Origin: an uncultured Chloroflexia bacterium
GTDB lineage: Bacteria > Chloroflexota > Anaerolineae > Anaerolineales > E44-bin32
DNA: 64,000 nt
Reading direction: 5' to 3'
Assembly (NCBI GenBank): GCA_963783335.1
Contig: CAWAND010000010.1
Span: forward strand, 1,285,617-1,349,616
In this document: positions 42,424-55,554 of the stretch, piece by piece
Position numbering within the stretch: the stretch's first letter is position 1
Layout of the letters: every line of letters begins with the position of its first letter
The notes under the pieces: generated by a model
Database searches by the model: none
Told to the model about the DNA's origin: nothing
The model's input: only the letters and a program-made list of their open reading frames with translations
Translations under genes and position numbers: made by a program

Positions 42424-44079
42424 TCAGCCACCTTTTTCGAGCATCGGCATTTGGATGCCAAACCTGCGGGCAGCTTGAATCGCCTCAGGATAGCCAGCGT
42501 CGGCATGACGAACCACCCCCAACCCCGGATCCGTGGTGAGGACTCTCTCCAGACGTTGGGCTGCCTCGGGGGTGCCGTCGGCCACAATGACCTGGCCGGC
42601 ATGCTGACTGAAGCCGATGCCCACCCCACCACCGTGGTGAAAGGAGACCCAGGTGGCGCCTGCCACCGCGTTCAGCATGGCGTTCAGCAGTGGCCAGTCG
42701 CTGACAGCGTCGGTGCCGTCCATCATGCCTTCGGTCTCGCGATTAGGCGAGGCGACGGATCCGGCATCGAGATGGTCACGCCCGATCACAATCGGCGCCT
42801 TGAGTTCGCCGCTGGCGACCATCTCGTTGAACTTCAACCCGGCCCGAGCCCGCTCGCCGTAGCCCAGCCAGCAGATTCTCGCCGGCAGCCCCTGGAAGGG
42901 GACCCTTTCCTTGGCCATCTTGAGCCAACGATGAAGGTGCTCATCCTCCGGGAAGAGCTCCATCACCGCCTCATCGGTACGGAAGATGTCATCTTCTTCA
43001 CCCGAAAGAGCGACCCAACGGAAGGGCCCCTTTCCGAGACAGAACAACGGTCGGATATAGGCGGGTACAAAACCTGGGTAATCGAAAGCTGCTTTGACGC
43101 CGGCGTCGAAGGCCCGCTGGCGAAGGTTGTTGCCGTAGTCAAACACCTCGGCGCCGCGCGACTGGAAGGTCAACATCGCCTCGACATGGCGCGCCATAGA
43201 AGCCATGGCACGCTCCGAATAACCCTCGGGGTCCGAAGACCGAAGGGCGTCCGCCTCGTCGGCTGAGACATCGGATGGGATATAGGATAGAACGTCGTGC
43301 GCCGGAGTTTGATCGGTCACGACGTCCGGTGTCACCTTGCGTAGGGCGAGTTCGTCATAGACGTCCGCAGCGTTGCCAATCAGCCCCACGGAAAGCGGCC
43401 GGCCCTCTCCTAAGGCCTCCTCTACTTGGGTCATGGCCTCTTCCAATGTGTCAACGACAACGTCCACATAGCCTGCCTTAAGACGCCGTTCTGCCCGGAG
43501 TGGATCGACCTCGACCACCAGGCCGACGCCCTCGTTCATGGTGATCGCCATCGGCTGTGCGCCGCCCATGCCTCCCAACCCGGCAGTCAGCACGAACCTG
43601 CCTTTCAATGATCCCCAACCCCGTTGTTGTGCCAGGGCCCCCAAGGTTTCATACGTCCCCTGAAGGATTCCTTGGGTGCCGATGTAGATCCATGACCCGG
43701 CTGTCATCTGCCCGTACATGATCAAACCCTTGGCCGCAAGCTCATCGAAGTGTTCTTGCGAGGCCCAGTGCGGAACCAGATTGGAGTTGGCGATCAACAC
43801 TCGGGGGGCATCGCGATGGGTGCGAAAAATGGCCACCGGCTTCCCCGATTGCACCAGCAGAGTTTCATCTTCATTCAGGGATTCGAGGCTGTTCAGTATG
43901 GCGTCGAAGCTCTGCCAATCTCGGGCTGCCTGCCCGCGGCCGCCGTATACGACCAGATCCTCCGGGCGTTCGGCGACCTCCGGATCAAGGTTGTTCTGGA
44001 TCATGCGGTAGGGGGCTTCGATTTGCCACGATTTGCAGTGGAGCTGGGTGCCGCGCGGGGCTCGGACGATCTTGGGCAT
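42424..44079 (-). CDS. hutU: Urocanate hydratase
   Basis: [43 protein letters not shown]. Confidence 0.97.
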   Translation of the reverse strand: MPKIVRAPRGTQLHCKSWQIEAPYRMIQNNLDPEVAERPEDLVVYGGRGQAARDWQSFDAILNSLESLNEDETLLVQSGKPVAIFRTHRDAPRVLIANSNLVPHWASQEHFDELAAKGLIMYGQMTAGSWIYIGTQGILQGTYETLGALAQQRGWGSLKGRFVLTAGLGGMGGAQPMAITMNEGVGLVVEVDPLRAERRLKAGYVDVVVDTLEEAMTQVEEALGEGRPLSVGLIGNAADVYDELALRKVTPDVVTDQTPAHDVLSYIPSDVSADEADALRSSDPEGYSERAMASMARHVEAMLTFQSRGAEVFDYGNNLRQRAFDAGVKAAFDYPGFVPAYIRPLFCLGKGPFRWVALSGEEDDIFRTDEAVMELFPEDEHLHRWLKMAKERVPFQGLPARICWLGYGERARAGLKFNEMVASGELKAPIVIGRDHLDAGSVASPNRETEGMMDGTDAVSDWPLLNAMLNAVAGATWVSFHHGGGVGIGFSQHAGQVIVADGTPEAAQRLERVLTTDPGLGVVRHADAGYPEAIQAARRFGIQMPMLEKGG

Positions 44080-44151
44080 GGACTAACCTCCGTCGATTGC
44101 CCCGTCGATGAGCGCTGGACTTGGAGGATCGGCGCCGGCGCTCAGGGACGG

Positions 44152-44697
44152 TTAGCTTTGGTCCGATGGCTTGGATGGCTTGTTTGACCAAGTTTCAAAG
44201 CGGACACTGTCGTCAAAGCTTCGACGGCCACCGCGCTTTGGTGGGGCGCTCAAGTCATCGGGGTTGCGTGGGTATCCGAAACTGAGGGCCACGTGAAGGT
44301 GGACCTCATCGGGGAAGTTGAGGAGTGTGCGCGCCGCGTCGGGTTGATAGATGGTTGCCGGGCAGGAGGCGATTCCCATGTGCCAGGCCGCCAGCTGCAT
44401 GTAGGCAGCGGCCTGGCCGGCATCGAACATGATCGACCAGCGCTGCGCAGGGTCTGGCGTGAGAATGGCGACCGCCGCCGCCGCGCCTGCGAGGTGGCCC
44501 GCGAAATGGCCCAGCTTCGAAAGCGCCTCCAGCCGGGCGCGATCCCGGATGGCAATGAAAGTCCAAGGTTGCGTATTTTTGGATGATTGTGCTCTGCGGC
44601 CCGCATTGAGGATTTCTCGGAGCGCCTTGTCCGGGATGGTCTTGTCGGAGAACGCCCGCACGGCGCGTTTGGTTCGAATGGCTTGGTCGACCTCCAT
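44152..44697 (-). CDS. Nitroreductase family protein
   Basis: RAVRAF, SSKNTQPW, LAAW..GIAS, FGYP. Confidence 0.88.
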   Translation of the reverse strand: MEVDQAIRTKRAVRAFSDKTIPDKALREILNAGRRAQSSKNTQPWTFIAIRDRARLEALSKLGHFAGHLAGAAAAVAILTPDPAQRWSIMFDAGQAAAYMQLAAWHMGIASCPATIYQPDAARTLLNFPDEVHLHVALSFGYPRNPDDLSAPPKRGGRRSFDDSVRFETWSNKPSKPSDQS

Positions 44698-44812
44698 AAA
44701 GAGGCTTTCCTTTCTCCACGCGGCGTTGCTTGGATTATACGCCGGCCACAAACCGCCAGTCCCAGGCAGCGAGGATGCACCCCGATATGGATACGATCAC
44801 GTGCAATGGTGT

Positions 44813-45070
44813 CTATTCGATCGTGCGGCGAGGAGGTTCGGGGAGAGGGCGCAGGTAGACGACGCGAGGCGTGTAGGAAATCACAACCCCGTTGTTTTTC
44901 AGCGTCTCGAGATCTCCGTCCAGCATGCTTCGGCCATAGTCTGGCTCCCGAAAGGCCAAGAACTCGCCCGTCTGCACATCCTGGACTCGAGCGTCGCCGA
45001 CATCCAGGACATACTCCCCTGATTTGAGAACAAAAAGGAGATCTCTGGGAACTGGCATCCCGCTGGGCAT
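44813..45070 (-). CDS. Small hypothetical protein (85 aa)
   Basis: Protein-like ORF with a GAGG SD, co-oriented with the nitroreductase. Confidence 0.6.
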   Translation of the reverse strand: MPSGMPVPRDLLFVLKSGEYVLDVGDARVQDVQTGEFLAFREPDYGRSMLDGDLETLKNNGVVISYTPRVVYLRPLPEPPRRTIE

Positions 45071-45242
45071 AGGCAACCTCAACCCCTAATGTCGCAGAAG
45101 TGCGCGGAATGCGCAACCTTACTCTGGTCGGATAGGGATTATTCGACGGTTGAACGTTAGCATCGCGGCATGACCGTGGCGGGCTTGGCCATGGTATCAT
45201 TGCGCCTGCCCCTGCCGGGCGTAGGTTCAAAGAGGAGGATTT

Positions 45243-46577
45243 GTGAAAAATATCACAGTTGTCGGGGTCGGATACGTCGGCCTGGTGACTGGCGCCTGTT
45301 TTGCCGATCTTGGCAACCGGGTGACGGCCCTCGATATTGATGAGGAGCGAATAGCGGGGCTCAAGCGAGGCGAACTCCCGATCTATGAACCGGGGCTTGA
45401 GGAACTTGTTGAGCGCAATCTGGCCGCCGGGCGGTTGCACTTCACGACGTCCTACGAAGACGCGCTGCAGGACGCAGAGTTCGTCTTTATTGCCGTAGGC
45501 ACACCAGAAGGCGGCGACGGTGAGGCAGATCTGAAGTATGTGAGCTCGGCTGCCGAATCCATCGGCAAGACGATGTCTGCCTCCTGCATTATCGTCAACA
45601 AGTCGACGGTTCCGGTTGGGACTGGCGACTGGGTCGCCGATGTGATCAGGGCCAATCAAGATCAAAGTATTCCCTTTGCCGTGGTTTCCTGCCCTGAATT
45701 CCTGCGTGAAGGATCCGCCATCCAGGATTTCATGAACCCTGCACGAACGGTGCTTGGATCGCTTGATCTGGACGCCGCCGAGAAGGTCGCCCAACTGCAT
45801 CTCCCCCTTAGGGCGCCGATTGTGGTCACTGATCTTCGCACGGCGGAGATGATCAAATACGCGTCGAACGCGTTCCTGTCGACCAAGATTTCCTTCATCA
45901 ACGAGATCGCCAACATCTGCGAAGCGCTGGGCGCCGACGTCAAAGAGGTTGCTACCGGTATGGGTTACGATCCGCGGATTGGGCCCCATTTTCTGGATGC
46001 CGGATTGGGCTATGGTGGATCCTGCTTCCCCAAGGATGTGAAGGCCCTGGCCTATATGGCCGAGGAGAAGGGCCGCCACCCCCAGCTGCTCGACGCGGTC
46101 ATGGAAATCAACTCCGACCGGCGCCGGCAGTTGGCCGAGAAGGTTCGCACAGCACTCGGTGATTTGAAGGACAAGAACATTGGCCTCCTGGGTTTGACTT
46201 TCAAGCCCAATACGGATGACATGCGCGACGCCCCCTCAATCGACATCGCCCGCCTCTTGTCGGATGCCGGCGCCAAGGTATTGGCCTATGACCCGGTCGG
46301 CATGGAACGCGCCCAAGCGGTGATGCCGTCCGTGGAGATGGTGGCGGACCCTTATTCACTCGCCGAGCGCTGCCAGGCTCTGGTTGTCTGTACCGAGTGG
46401 AATGAATTCAAACAGCTCGATCTCGAGCGGCTGAGAGAGATCATGCCAACTCCCTTGATCGTTGATGGCCGCAACATCTACGATCCCAAGGTCATGGCGG
46501 GTCTGGGAATCCGCTATTTTGGGATGGGGCGGGGATATGGCCCGGATGGCAACCCTCTGAAGGAAGCTTCTGGATGA
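45243..46577 (+). CDS. ugd: UDP-glucose 6-dehydrogenase
   Basis: [45 protein letters not shown]. Confidence 0.93.
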   Translation: MKNITVVGVGYVGLVTGACFADLGNRVTALDIDEERIAGLKRGELPIYEPGLEELVERNLAAGRLHFTTSYEDALQDAEFVFIAVGTPEGGDGEADLKYVSSAAESIGKTMSASCIIVNKSTVPVGTGDWVADVIRANQDQSIPFAVVSCPEFLREGSAIQDFMNPARTVLGSLDLDAAEKVAQLHLPLRAPIVVTDLRTAEMIKYASNAFLSTKISFINEIANICEALGADVKEVATGMGYDPRIGPHFLDAGLGYGGSCFPKDVKALAYMAEEKGRHPQLLDAVMEINSDRRRQLAEKVRTALGDLKDKNIGLLGLTFKPNTDDMRDAPSIDIARLLSDAGAKVLAYDPVGMERAQAVMPSVEMVADPYSLAERCQALVVCTEWNEFKQLDLERLREIMPTPLIVDGRNIYDPKVMAGLGIRYFGMGRGYGPDGNPLKEASG

Positions 46578-47881
46578 CAAGAGCGGGTGCGTCAGCCATC
46601 GTCAAGCATCGGCTCAGAAACGGCCTCGAGGTTCGGCTGAAGCCCGTTCACACAGCGCCCTTGGTGAGCAGCTGGTTGTGGTACCGGGTGGGCTCCAGAA
46701 ATGAGCGCACCGGCCAAACCGGCGTGTCCCATTGGGTTGAGCACATGCAGTTCAAAGGCACACCCGCTTTTCCGAGTGGCGTGCTGGACAAGGCCATCTC
46801 GCGTGACGGCGGGTTGTGGAATGCAGGAACGTGGATCGATTGGACCACCTACTATGAGATCATGCCGGCCGATCGCATTGACCTGGCGCTTCGGTTGGAA
46901 GCCGACAGGATGGCCAACAGCAACTTCGATCCAGCCGAAGTGGAGTCGGAACGCACCGTCATTATTTCGGAACGTCAGGGTCATGAGAACAATCCGTCCT
47001 TCCGGCTTGCCGAAGAGGTTCAGGCGGCAGCCTTTCGGGTTCACTCATACCATCACGAGGTGATCGGCGACATGGCTGATCTGGAGGCCATGTCGCGCGA
47101 TGACCTGTATGGGTATTACCAAACCCACTACACGCCGAGCAACGCCGTTTTGGCGCTTGCCGGAGATTTCAAGCCGGGGCCAATGCTCAAACGCATTCGA
47201 GAGCTGTTTGGGAGTATTCCCAGGAGTCCACAGCCGGATACTTCCGTTCGAACGGAACCCGAGCAGCCGGGGGAGCGCAGGGTGGCCGTCGAGGGCCCTG
47301 ACCCTACCCCGATCGTCGAAGTGGCCTATCGCGTCCCGTCAGCAAAGGATCCCGATTTCGTTCCCCTGACTGTAATGGACAGCGTATTGGCAGGCGCCTC
47401 CAGCCTTAGTCCGTTCGGTGGGGGTCTCCCCAACAAGACCTCGCGCTTGTACAGGGCGCTGGTTCATGGCGGGCTGGCAGCTGCGGTTTCCGGAGGGCTA
47501 GCGGCAACGATTGATCCGTACCTCTACTCCCTGCGCGCCACCGTCCGACCGGATCGATCTCCCGATGCGGTGCTCGACAGGCTGGATGAGGAGGTCGACC
47601 GCCTGCTCCAAGAGGCAGTGGCCCCGGAGGAGGTTGAGAAAGCGATCAAGCAGGCCAAAGCCATCTTCGCCTACGATAGCGAGAGCATTACCCACCAGGG
47701 GATGTGGCTTGGGTACGCTGAGATGTTCGCCGACTACGCTTGGTTTGAGACCTTCTTGGACAGGATCAGCCGAGTCTCGCCAGAAGACGTCCTCAAGATG
47801 GCGCACAAGTACCTGCGCCCGTCAAACCGTGTGGCAGGCATCTACCGGCCATCGACGGAGGGATCACATGTCGGTAGCTAG
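46574..47881 (+). CDS. M16 family zinc peptidase, catalytic subunit
   Basis: HWVEH (HxxEH) motif, [15 protein letters not shown]. Confidence 0.92.
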   Translation: MTRAGASAIVKHRLRNGLEVRLKPVHTAPLVSSWLWYRVGSRNERTGQTGVSHWVEHMQFKGTPAFPSGVLDKAISRDGGLWNAGTWIDWTTYYEIMPADRIDLALRLEADRMANSNFDPAEVESERTVIISERQGHENNPSFRLAEEVQAAAFRVHSYHHEVIGDMADLEAMSRDDLYGYYQTHYTPSNAVLALAGDFKPGPMLKRIRELFGSIPRSPQPDTSVRTEPEQPGERRVAVEGPDPTPIVEVAYRVPSAKDPDFVPLTVMDSVLAGASSLSPFGGGLPNKTSRLYRALVHGGLAAAVSGGLAATIDPYLYSLRATVRPDRSPDAVLDRLDEEVDRLLQEAVAPEEVEKAIKQAKAIFAYDSESITHQGMWLGYAEMFADYAWFETFLDRISRVSPEDVLKMAHKYLRPSNRVAGIYRPSTEGSHVGS

Positions 47882-49178
47882 CGACAGCATGCCTCAGCTC
47901 GATGTTGAAGCGTTGCCCGGCCCGGAAACGATCGCCCGGCGCGAGCTGTCCAATGGCATGGTGCTTCTGGCCAGAGAGAATTTCGCCAGTCCATCTGTGG
48001 TAGTGGCCGGCAACCTTGTGGCGGGCTCCCTCAATGAAGCGCCTGAGAAGGCAGGTCTCGCTGATTTGACTGCGTCGGCGCTTATGAGAGGCACGCGTTC
48101 CCGCTCCTTCGATGAGATCTATCAGACAATTGAGTCCATCGGGGCCAGCCTATCCATCGGCGCCGGCAGCCATCACACAAGTTTTAGGGGCAAGGCGCTG
48201 GCCGAGGACCTTCAGGTCATCCTCGATCTGCTCAATGATGTGCTCCGCTCCCCTGCATTCCCCAAACGCGATATTGAGCAGCTCCGAGCCGAAAAGCTAA
48301 CCGGGCTGGCCCTTCGAGATCAAGACACAAGCTCCGTGGCCGACATGGCATTTGATAAGCTGCTTTATAGACGGCATCCCTACAGTCAACCGTCTGATGG
48401 TTATCCGGATACGGTAGGAACTCTGACGGTGGCCGACCTTAGAGCGTTTCACAAGCGGGCCTACGGCCCTCGCAGGGCGATCTTGGCCATCGTGGGAGCA
48501 GTCAAGGCTGAGAAGGCCCTGGATGCGGTTGAAGCCCTGTTCGGAGACTGGTCGGCCAGGGGGCTGGATGAGCCGCCTGAGGTTCCGGACGCGCCAGCTT
48601 TGCGCAAAGCTGCCCGCAAGAATGTCGTCATGGAAGGCAAAACCCAGGTGGATTTGGTGATGGGCGCGGCCGGTCCGCGGCGGAGCGATCCGGATTATCT
48701 TGCGGCTTCGTTGGGCAATAACGTGCTTGGCCGGTTCGGCTTGTATGGGCGAATTGGAGATCGGGTGCGACAGCAAGAAGGGCTGGCGTACTACGCGTAC
48801 AGCAGCGTCAGCGGGGGTTCTGGCCCCGGACCCTGGAAAATCAGTGCTGGGGTCAATCCTGCCAACGCGGATCGGGCGGCTGAGCTGATCAAAGCTGAGA
48901 TTAAGCGATTCACCGAGAAGAAGATCGCCAAAAGTGAGTTGACCGACAATCAGGCGAACTTCATCGGCAGGCTTCCACTGCAGTTGGAATCCAACGGCGG
49001 GGTGGCCGGGGGTTTGGTCTACATTGAACGTCACGGGCTTGGGCTGGATTATTACCAGAAGTATCCGCAATCCATCATGAATATCTCACGCGAAGATGTT
49101 TTGGATGCAGCGCGGCACTATCTCGACCCAGACCGGCTGGCACTAGCGGTGGCAGGTCCAAGGCTCCCTGAGGCCTGA
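47868..49178 (+). CDS. M16 family peptidase, non-catalytic partner
   Basis: M16 pattern without HxxEH; R..VR..EGLAY motif. Confidence 0.88.
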   Translation: MSVASDSMPQLDVEALPGPETIARRELSNGMVLLARENFASPSVVVAGNLVAGSLNEAPEKAGLADLTASALMRGTRSRSFDEIYQTIESIGASLSIGAGSHHTSFRGKALAEDLQVILDLLNDVLRSPAFPKRDIEQLRAEKLTGLALRDQDTSSVADMAFDKLLYRRHPYSQPSDGYPDTVGTLTVADLRAFHKRAYGPRRAILAIVGAVKAEKALDAVEALFGDWSARGLDEPPEVPDAPALRKAARKNVVMEGKTQVDLVMGAAGPRRSDPDYLAASLGNNVLGRFGLYGRIGDRVRQQEGLAYYAYSSVSGGSGPGPWKISAGVNPANADRAAELIKAEIKRFTEKKIAKSELTDNQANFIGRLPLQLESNGGVAGGLVYIERHGLGLDYYQKYPQSIMNISREDVLDAARHYLDPDRLALAVAGPRLPEA

Positions 49179-49180
49179 GC

Positions 49181-49564
49181 ATGTTGCGTTCCGGCGTGGA
49201 CATCATTGAAATCGAGCGCATAGACCGGGCTATCCTGCGTCATGGCCAGCGGTTCTTCGATCGTTTCTTTACGCCCCGTGAGTTGATTGACTGCGGCGGG
49301 AGAACGCCTGCGCTGGCGGCTCGCTTTGCCGCCAAGGAAGCCGTGGCCAAGGCCATGGGCACTGGGATCGGCGACATCGGCTGGAAAGAGATCGAGGTCG
49401 TCAACGGCGAACGGCGGGAGCCGCACTTGAGGCTCCACGGACACGCCAAGCACCTCGCCCAGGGTCTCGGACTTCGGATCTGGTCGGTGAGTCTCAGCCA
49501 CACACACGAGCATGCAGTGGCGGTGGCCGTGGCCTTGATTCCGGAGCTTGACCTCGCAGATTGA
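49181..49564 (+). CDS. acpS: Holo-ACP synthase
   Basis: [27 protein letters not shown]. Confidence 0.95.
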   Translation: MLRSGVDIIEIERIDRAILRHGQRFFDRFFTPRELIDCGGRTPALAARFAAKEAVAKAMGTGIGDIGWKEIEVVNGERREPHLRLHGHAKHLAQGLGLRIWSVSLSHTHEHAVAVAVALIPELDLAD

Positions 49565-49625
49565 CTCGACCTTCAATTCTTAGCCTTTGAACCCATCGGT
49601 GAGCAGCCGATGCCCCACTTTGTCG

Positions 49626-49790
49626 TGGTATACTGGTCCCACTCCCGCTGGGGCACGTCAGCCTGCGGGAGTGACTATGCCCTAACAGGGCAAAATTCGC
49701 ACGCTTCCTGATCCTCTCGGCCGTGCCGGTTGGCCAACCGGTTCCGTGAGGAGTTGAAGGGAGCGGAGGCCCAACGAATTGGAGGATCCA
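49626..49790 (+). promoter_or_regulatory. rpsB promoter (extended -10) and structured S2-type leader
   Basis: TGGTATACT; hairpins at 49640-49673 and 49678-49692; CGCACGCTTCC..GGGAGCGGAG long-range stem (49698-49768). Confidence 0.65.
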
Positions 49791-50851
49791 ATGGCCGTCA
49801 TAAGTATGAAAGCCCTGCTCGAAACAGGGGTCCACTTCGGTCACCGTACACGCAAGTGGAATCCCCACATGAAGCCCTACATCTTCACCGAACGCAATGG
49901 AATCCATATCATCGACCTCCAGCAGACGCTGGAGGCCCTGGAAGAGGCCTACGCTCTGGTTAGAGACACGGTCTCTGCGGGTGGTGCCGTATTGTTCGTA
50001 GGTACCAAGCGCCAGGCCCAGGAAACGATCCAGGTCGAAGCCGAGCGCGCCGGAATGCCCTACGTGAATGCACGCTGGCTCGGCGGGACGCTCACCAATT
50101 GGCGGACGATCCGCAGCCGGATCGACGAACTCAAGGAACTGGAGCGCCGTCGGGATGAAGGCGAGTTCGACCTCCTGACGAAGAAGGAAGCCCTGATGCT
50201 CAACCGGAAGATCGACCGGCTGCAAGAGCGGCTTGGCGGGATCCGGGAGATGAAGGGCCTGCCCAAACTCATGTTCGCGGTCGATGTGCGGCGGGAGGAG
50301 ACGGCAGTTCACGAAGCCAACCTGCTCGAGATCCCGGTTGTGGCCCTGGTGGACACCAATTGCGACCCGGGCAAGATCGATTATGTGATCCCTTCCAACG
50401 ACGATGCCATACGCGCCATCAAGCTGCTGACCAGCAAGATGGCCGACGCAGTCTTGGAAGGCAAGGCCCTCCGCAAGGATGAAATGGAAGAAGAGGAGAC
50501 CGAAGGACCCGCCACCGCCGAACGGGGTGATGAAGAGGTCGAGTTTGAGGAAGCCTCAGATGAGGAGCTGTTGGGCGAGGCCACACTGGCCAAGCTGAAG
50601 AGCGGCGACTACGGTGACGAAGGCGAATCCGAGGCAGAAGAGACCGAGGTGGCCGAAGAAGAAGATGAAAAGGCCGCGGCCGATGAAGAATCTGAGGCCG
50701 AGCCAGAGTCGTCTGAAGCTGAGGCCGAAGCAGATGACGATGCTCCGGCGGACGAAGATGACGCCGGGGAAGCAGAAGACGAAGCAGACGAAGAAGACGA
50801 AAAAGACGAAGACGCCTCGCCTGAGGAGTCTGCAGAAGAGAGCAAAGACGC

Positions 50852-50855
<4 letters not shown>
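49791..50855 (+). CDS. rpsB: 30S ribosomal protein S2 with a long acidic tail
   Basis: [38 protein letters not shown]. Confidence 0.97.
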
Positions 50856-52239
<1,384 letters not shown>

Positions 52240-52349
52240 TCTCATCGCAAACCCCCCACGAAATGGCGCGGTTTCGCATTTTCGGGGGTTTTGCATTATG
52301 CTTATAGGACCCTTTCGTTCACGGCCAAACCCACACATAGGAGCCAAAG

Positions 52350-52907
52350 ATGGTCGAGGATTGGTTGGTCGAGGGCGACAATCGGATGCGAGGCGCGGTC
52401 AAGACTCTCGAAGAGGACCTGGCTGCCATCAGAACCGGGCGAGCGTCGCCGGCGCTGGTTGAGCGGCTTGAGGTTGAGTATTACGGGACACGAACGCCCC
52501 TTCAGCAGATCGCCAATATTTCCGCCCCCGAGCCGCGGCTGGTCACCATCAAACCCTTTGATCCGTCCACGATGAAGGACATCGAGCGCGCGATCCAGGT
52601 CTCGGATCTGGGACTGACGCCGAGCAATGATGGCAAGATCATCCGCTTGAGCATCCCCCCGCTCACCGAAGAACGTCGGCATGAGTTGGTCAAGTTGGTT
52701 CGTTCTAGAACGGAAGAAGCTCGCGTGGCCGTCCGGAATGTGCGCCGCGACGTGCAGAACGAACTGCGAGACTTGGAAAAGGAGAAAGAGATCTCAGAGG
52801 ACGAGCTCTATCGATCCGAGGAAAGGCTTCAGAAGCTGACCGACGAACACATCGAAGCCATCAACGCCGTCTCGGAAAAGAAGGAAGCTGAAGTCCTCGA
52901 GGTCTAA
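52350..52907 (+). CDS. frr: Ribosome recycling factor
   Basis: IRTGRAS, P.LTEERR, RVAVRNVRRD. Confidence 0.97.
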   Translation: MVEDWLVEGDNRMRGAVKTLEEDLAAIRTGRASPALVERLEVEYYGTRTPLQQIANISAPEPRLVTIKPFDPSTMKDIERAIQVSDLGLTPSNDGKIIRLSIPPLTEERRHELVKLVRSRTEEARVAVRNVRRDVQNELRDLEKEKEISEDELYRSEERLQKLTDEHIEAINAVSEKKEAEVLEV

Positions 52908-52922
52908 TACACCTCGCTCACC

Positions 52923-53663
52923 ATGGCCAAGGCACTCGACAAGAAGGAACTCCCGCAACCGGTCCCTGCACATGTAGCCATCATTATGGATGGGAACGGG
53001 CGCTGGGCGCGCTCGCGTGGGCTGCCGCGGCTGGCGGGGCACCGGGCCGGGGTTGAGAATCTGCGCCGGGTTATCGAAGCCAGCGTCGAATTCGGGATCT
53101 CCTACTTGACCATCTACGCGTTCTCGACCGAAAACTGGGAACGACCGCCTGCCGAAGTTCGCGGCCTGATGGGAATCGTAGAGGAAGTCATCGATACTCA
53201 GCTGGCGGAGCTGCATGAGAACGGGGTACAGCTCCGTCACATTGGCCGGCTGGATGGTCTGGATCCCAAGCTGCAGACAAAGGTCAAGTACGCCATTGAT
53301 CTGACGCGAGACAATCGACGCCTGGTGCTGAATGTGGCCTTCAACTACGGCGGCCGGGACGAGATCGTGCATGCCATACGCGATATCATCGCCGATGGCG
53401 TGAGCCCGGAAGAGGTCGACGAGGATCTTGTCAGTCGCTACCTGTACACATCCAATTCGCCCGATCCCGACCTGATCATTCGGACGTCCGGTGAATTACG
53501 CGTCAGCAACTTCCTCATTTGGCAAGGGGCCTACGCAGAGTGGTACGTCACGCCCACTTTCTGGCCGGATTTTGGTCGGGAAGAGCTGTACAAGGCGCTG
53601 TGTGAGTTCGCCCGTCGCGAGCGCCGGTTCGGACGTGTCCCTGGCCCAGTTCACCCCAGCTAG
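52923..53663 (+). CDS. uppS: Polyprenyl (undecaprenyl) diphosphate synthase
   Basis: [36 protein letters not shown]. Confidence 0.96.
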   Translation: MAKALDKKELPQPVPAHVAIIMDGNGRWARSRGLPRLAGHRAGVENLRRVIEASVEFGISYLTIYAFSTENWERPPAEVRGLMGIVEEVIDTQLAELHENGVQLRHIGRLDGLDPKLQTKVKYAIDLTRDNRRLVLNVAFNYGGRDEIVHAIRDIIADGVSPEEVDEDLVSRYLYTSNSPDPDLIIRTSGELRVSNFLIWQGAYAEWYVTPTFWPDFGREELYKALCEFARRERRFGRVPGPVHPS

Positions 53664-53664
53664 G

Positions 53665-54483
53665 ATGCTTCGGCAGCGACTGATCGTCGCCATTGTCTTC
53701 GTTCCCCTTATATTCGCCGTCGTCGCCTATGGAAGATGGGTGTATCCATTAATGATCACCCTTTTCATGGCCTTGGCGGCGCTTGAATACGGCCAGCTGT
53801 ACCGGCGGGCCAAGCTGAGGCCGGCACTGCCCTTGCTGGTGGCAGGCGTCGTCATCATCTGCGTTGGGCGCGCCATATACCAGTTCTCCGTCGGTCCGGC
53901 CATCCTGGCGGCGGTTCTCCTGCTCAGCATGACCTGGCACCTGGTTGATTTTGAGCGTGGGGCATCCAACTCAGGCCAGGATTTCGCCCTGACCGTGGCC
54001 GGAACGCTCTATTTGGGGTGGATCGGTGCCTACTTGATTTCGCTGCGCCAGGTCCCGGACGGCGAGTGGTGGGTCCTGCTTGCCCTGTCCAGTGTTTGGC
54101 TGGCCGATTCTGCGGCCTTCTTTGTCGGAAAGCGTTGGGGGAAACATCCCATGGCACCCCGCTTGAGCCCCAAGAAAACCTGGGAAGGCTACCTGTCGGG
54201 TGTGGTGGCAGGCGCTGTCAGCGGGGCCGGCCTGGCCGCTCTGTGGCGGATTGGCGCCGGACCCCTCTCCACCGTGACAGCAGTTCGCGGGCTCGAGTTG
54301 GGATTGCTGCTGGGCGTGTTGGCGCCTCTGGGCGATCTGGGAATCAGCATGATGAAACGCGAGATTGGCGTCAAGGACACTGGCGGCCTCGTGCCTGGCC
54401 ACGGCGGAGCGCTCGACCGCACCGACAGTTGGGTGTGGGCCGGAGTCATCGCCTATTACTTTGTGACATTTTTCACAATCTGA
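53665..54483 (+). CDS. cdsA: Phosphatidate cytidylyltransferase
   Basis: [29 protein letters not shown]. Confidence 0.95.
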   Translation: MLRQRLIVAIVFVPLIFAVVAYGRWVYPLMITLFMALAALEYGQLYRRAKLRPALPLLVAGVVIICVGRAIYQFSVGPAILAAVLLLSMTWHLVDFERGASNSGQDFALTVAGTLYLGWIGAYLISLRQVPDGEWWVLLALSSVWLADSAAFFVGKRWGKHPMAPRLSPKKTWEGYLSGVVAGAVSGAGLAALWRIGAGPLSTVTAVRGLELGLLLGVLAPLGDLGISMMKREIGVKDTGGLVPGHGGALDRTDSWVWAGVIAYYFVTFFTI

Positions 54484-54521
54484 TCGGCAGCTTTCGGCTG
54501 CACGAAGGAGAAGAAAGCATA

Positions 54522-55544
54522 ATGAGCGATTCTCACAACGATGCCCCCTCCCGCAACCTCGCCCTCGACCTTGTTCGGGTGACCGAGGCGGCAGCCATGT
54601 CGGCGGGCCGATTCATGGGTAGGGGGGATAAAGAAGGCGGCGATAAGGCTGCCGTCGACGGCATGAGGCTGATGTTGTCCACCATCGATATCGATGGCGT
54701 GGTGGTCATCGGGGAGGGTGAGAAGGACGAAGCCCCGATGCTCTTTAACGGCGAGGTGCTGGGGACCGGGAAGGGTCCCAAGGTAGATATCGCCGTCGAC
54801 CCCATTGACGGAACCCGCCTGCTGGCTCTGGGGCGGACGAACTCAATCGCCACAGTTGCTGTGGCTGAACGCGGGTCAATGTTCGACCCGGGCCCCATGG
54901 TCTACATGCACAAGATCGCCGTGGGCCCGAGCGCCAAAGGACACATCGACGTGAACGCGCCGGCCACCGACAACCTTAAGAGCGTGGCAAAGGCAAAGGG
55001 CGCAGATGTGGATGACCTGACGGTGATGATATTGGAACGGCCGCGTCATCGGGAATTGATCGAGGAAGTGCGCAAGGCCGGCGCCCGCATTCGTCTCATC
55101 ACCGATGGGGACGTGGCCGGAGCGATTATGACCGCTCGGCCCGAATCCGGGATCGACATGCTGATCGGCATCGGGGGCACCCCGGAAGGCGTGTTGGCAG
55201 CCTGTGCTCTAACTGCCATGGATGGAGAAATCCAGGGGCGCTTGTTTGCGCGCAATGACGAAGAACTGGCCAAGGCCAAGAAAATGGGCTACGACATGGA
55301 CCAGGTGCTGACCCACAAGGATCTGGTCAACAGCCAGGATGTGTTCTTTGCGCTCACCGGAATCACCGATGGCGAGCTCGTGCACGGGGTCAAGTACTAT
55401 GGCTCAGGGGCAACGACGCACAGCCTGGTCATGCGCGCCAAATCCGGGACAGTGCGCGAGATCCATGCCCAGCACCGTTGGGAGAAGCTGATGGAAATCA
55501 GCCAGATTGAGTACGATATTGAGAAGCCAGGACGCGCCGAGTAA
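54522..55544 (+). CDS. glpX: Class II fructose-1,6-bisphosphatase
   Basis: [36 protein letters not shown]. Confidence 0.96.
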   Translation: MSDSHNDAPSRNLALDLVRVTEAAAMSAGRFMGRGDKEGGDKAAVDGMRLMLSTIDIDGVVVIGEGEKDEAPMLFNGEVLGTGKGPKVDIAVDPIDGTRLLALGRTNSIATVAVAERGSMFDPGPMVYMHKIAVGPSAKGHIDVNAPATDNLKSVAKAKGADVDDLTVMILERPRHRELIEEVRKAGARIRLITDGDVAGAIMTARPESGIDMLIGIGGTPEGVLAACALTAMDGEIQGRLFARNDEELAKAKKMGYDMDQVLTHKDLVNSQDVFFALTGITDGELVHGVKYYGSGATTHSLVMRAKSGTVREIHAQHRWEKLMEISQIEYDIEKPGRAE

Positions 55545-55554
55545 GCACCAGCCG

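Noticed and set aside
44250-46079. Long antisense ORFs (also 15597-16808, 42298-43266, 5126-6025, 36494-37282)
   Set aside because: Shadows of high-GC genes on the opposite strand, with no recognisable motifs.
50600-50850. Repetitive GAA/GAC-rich DNA as a possible array
   Set aside because: Low-complexity coding sequence of the S2 tail; no CRISPR-like repeat-spacer pattern was seen anywhere in the window.
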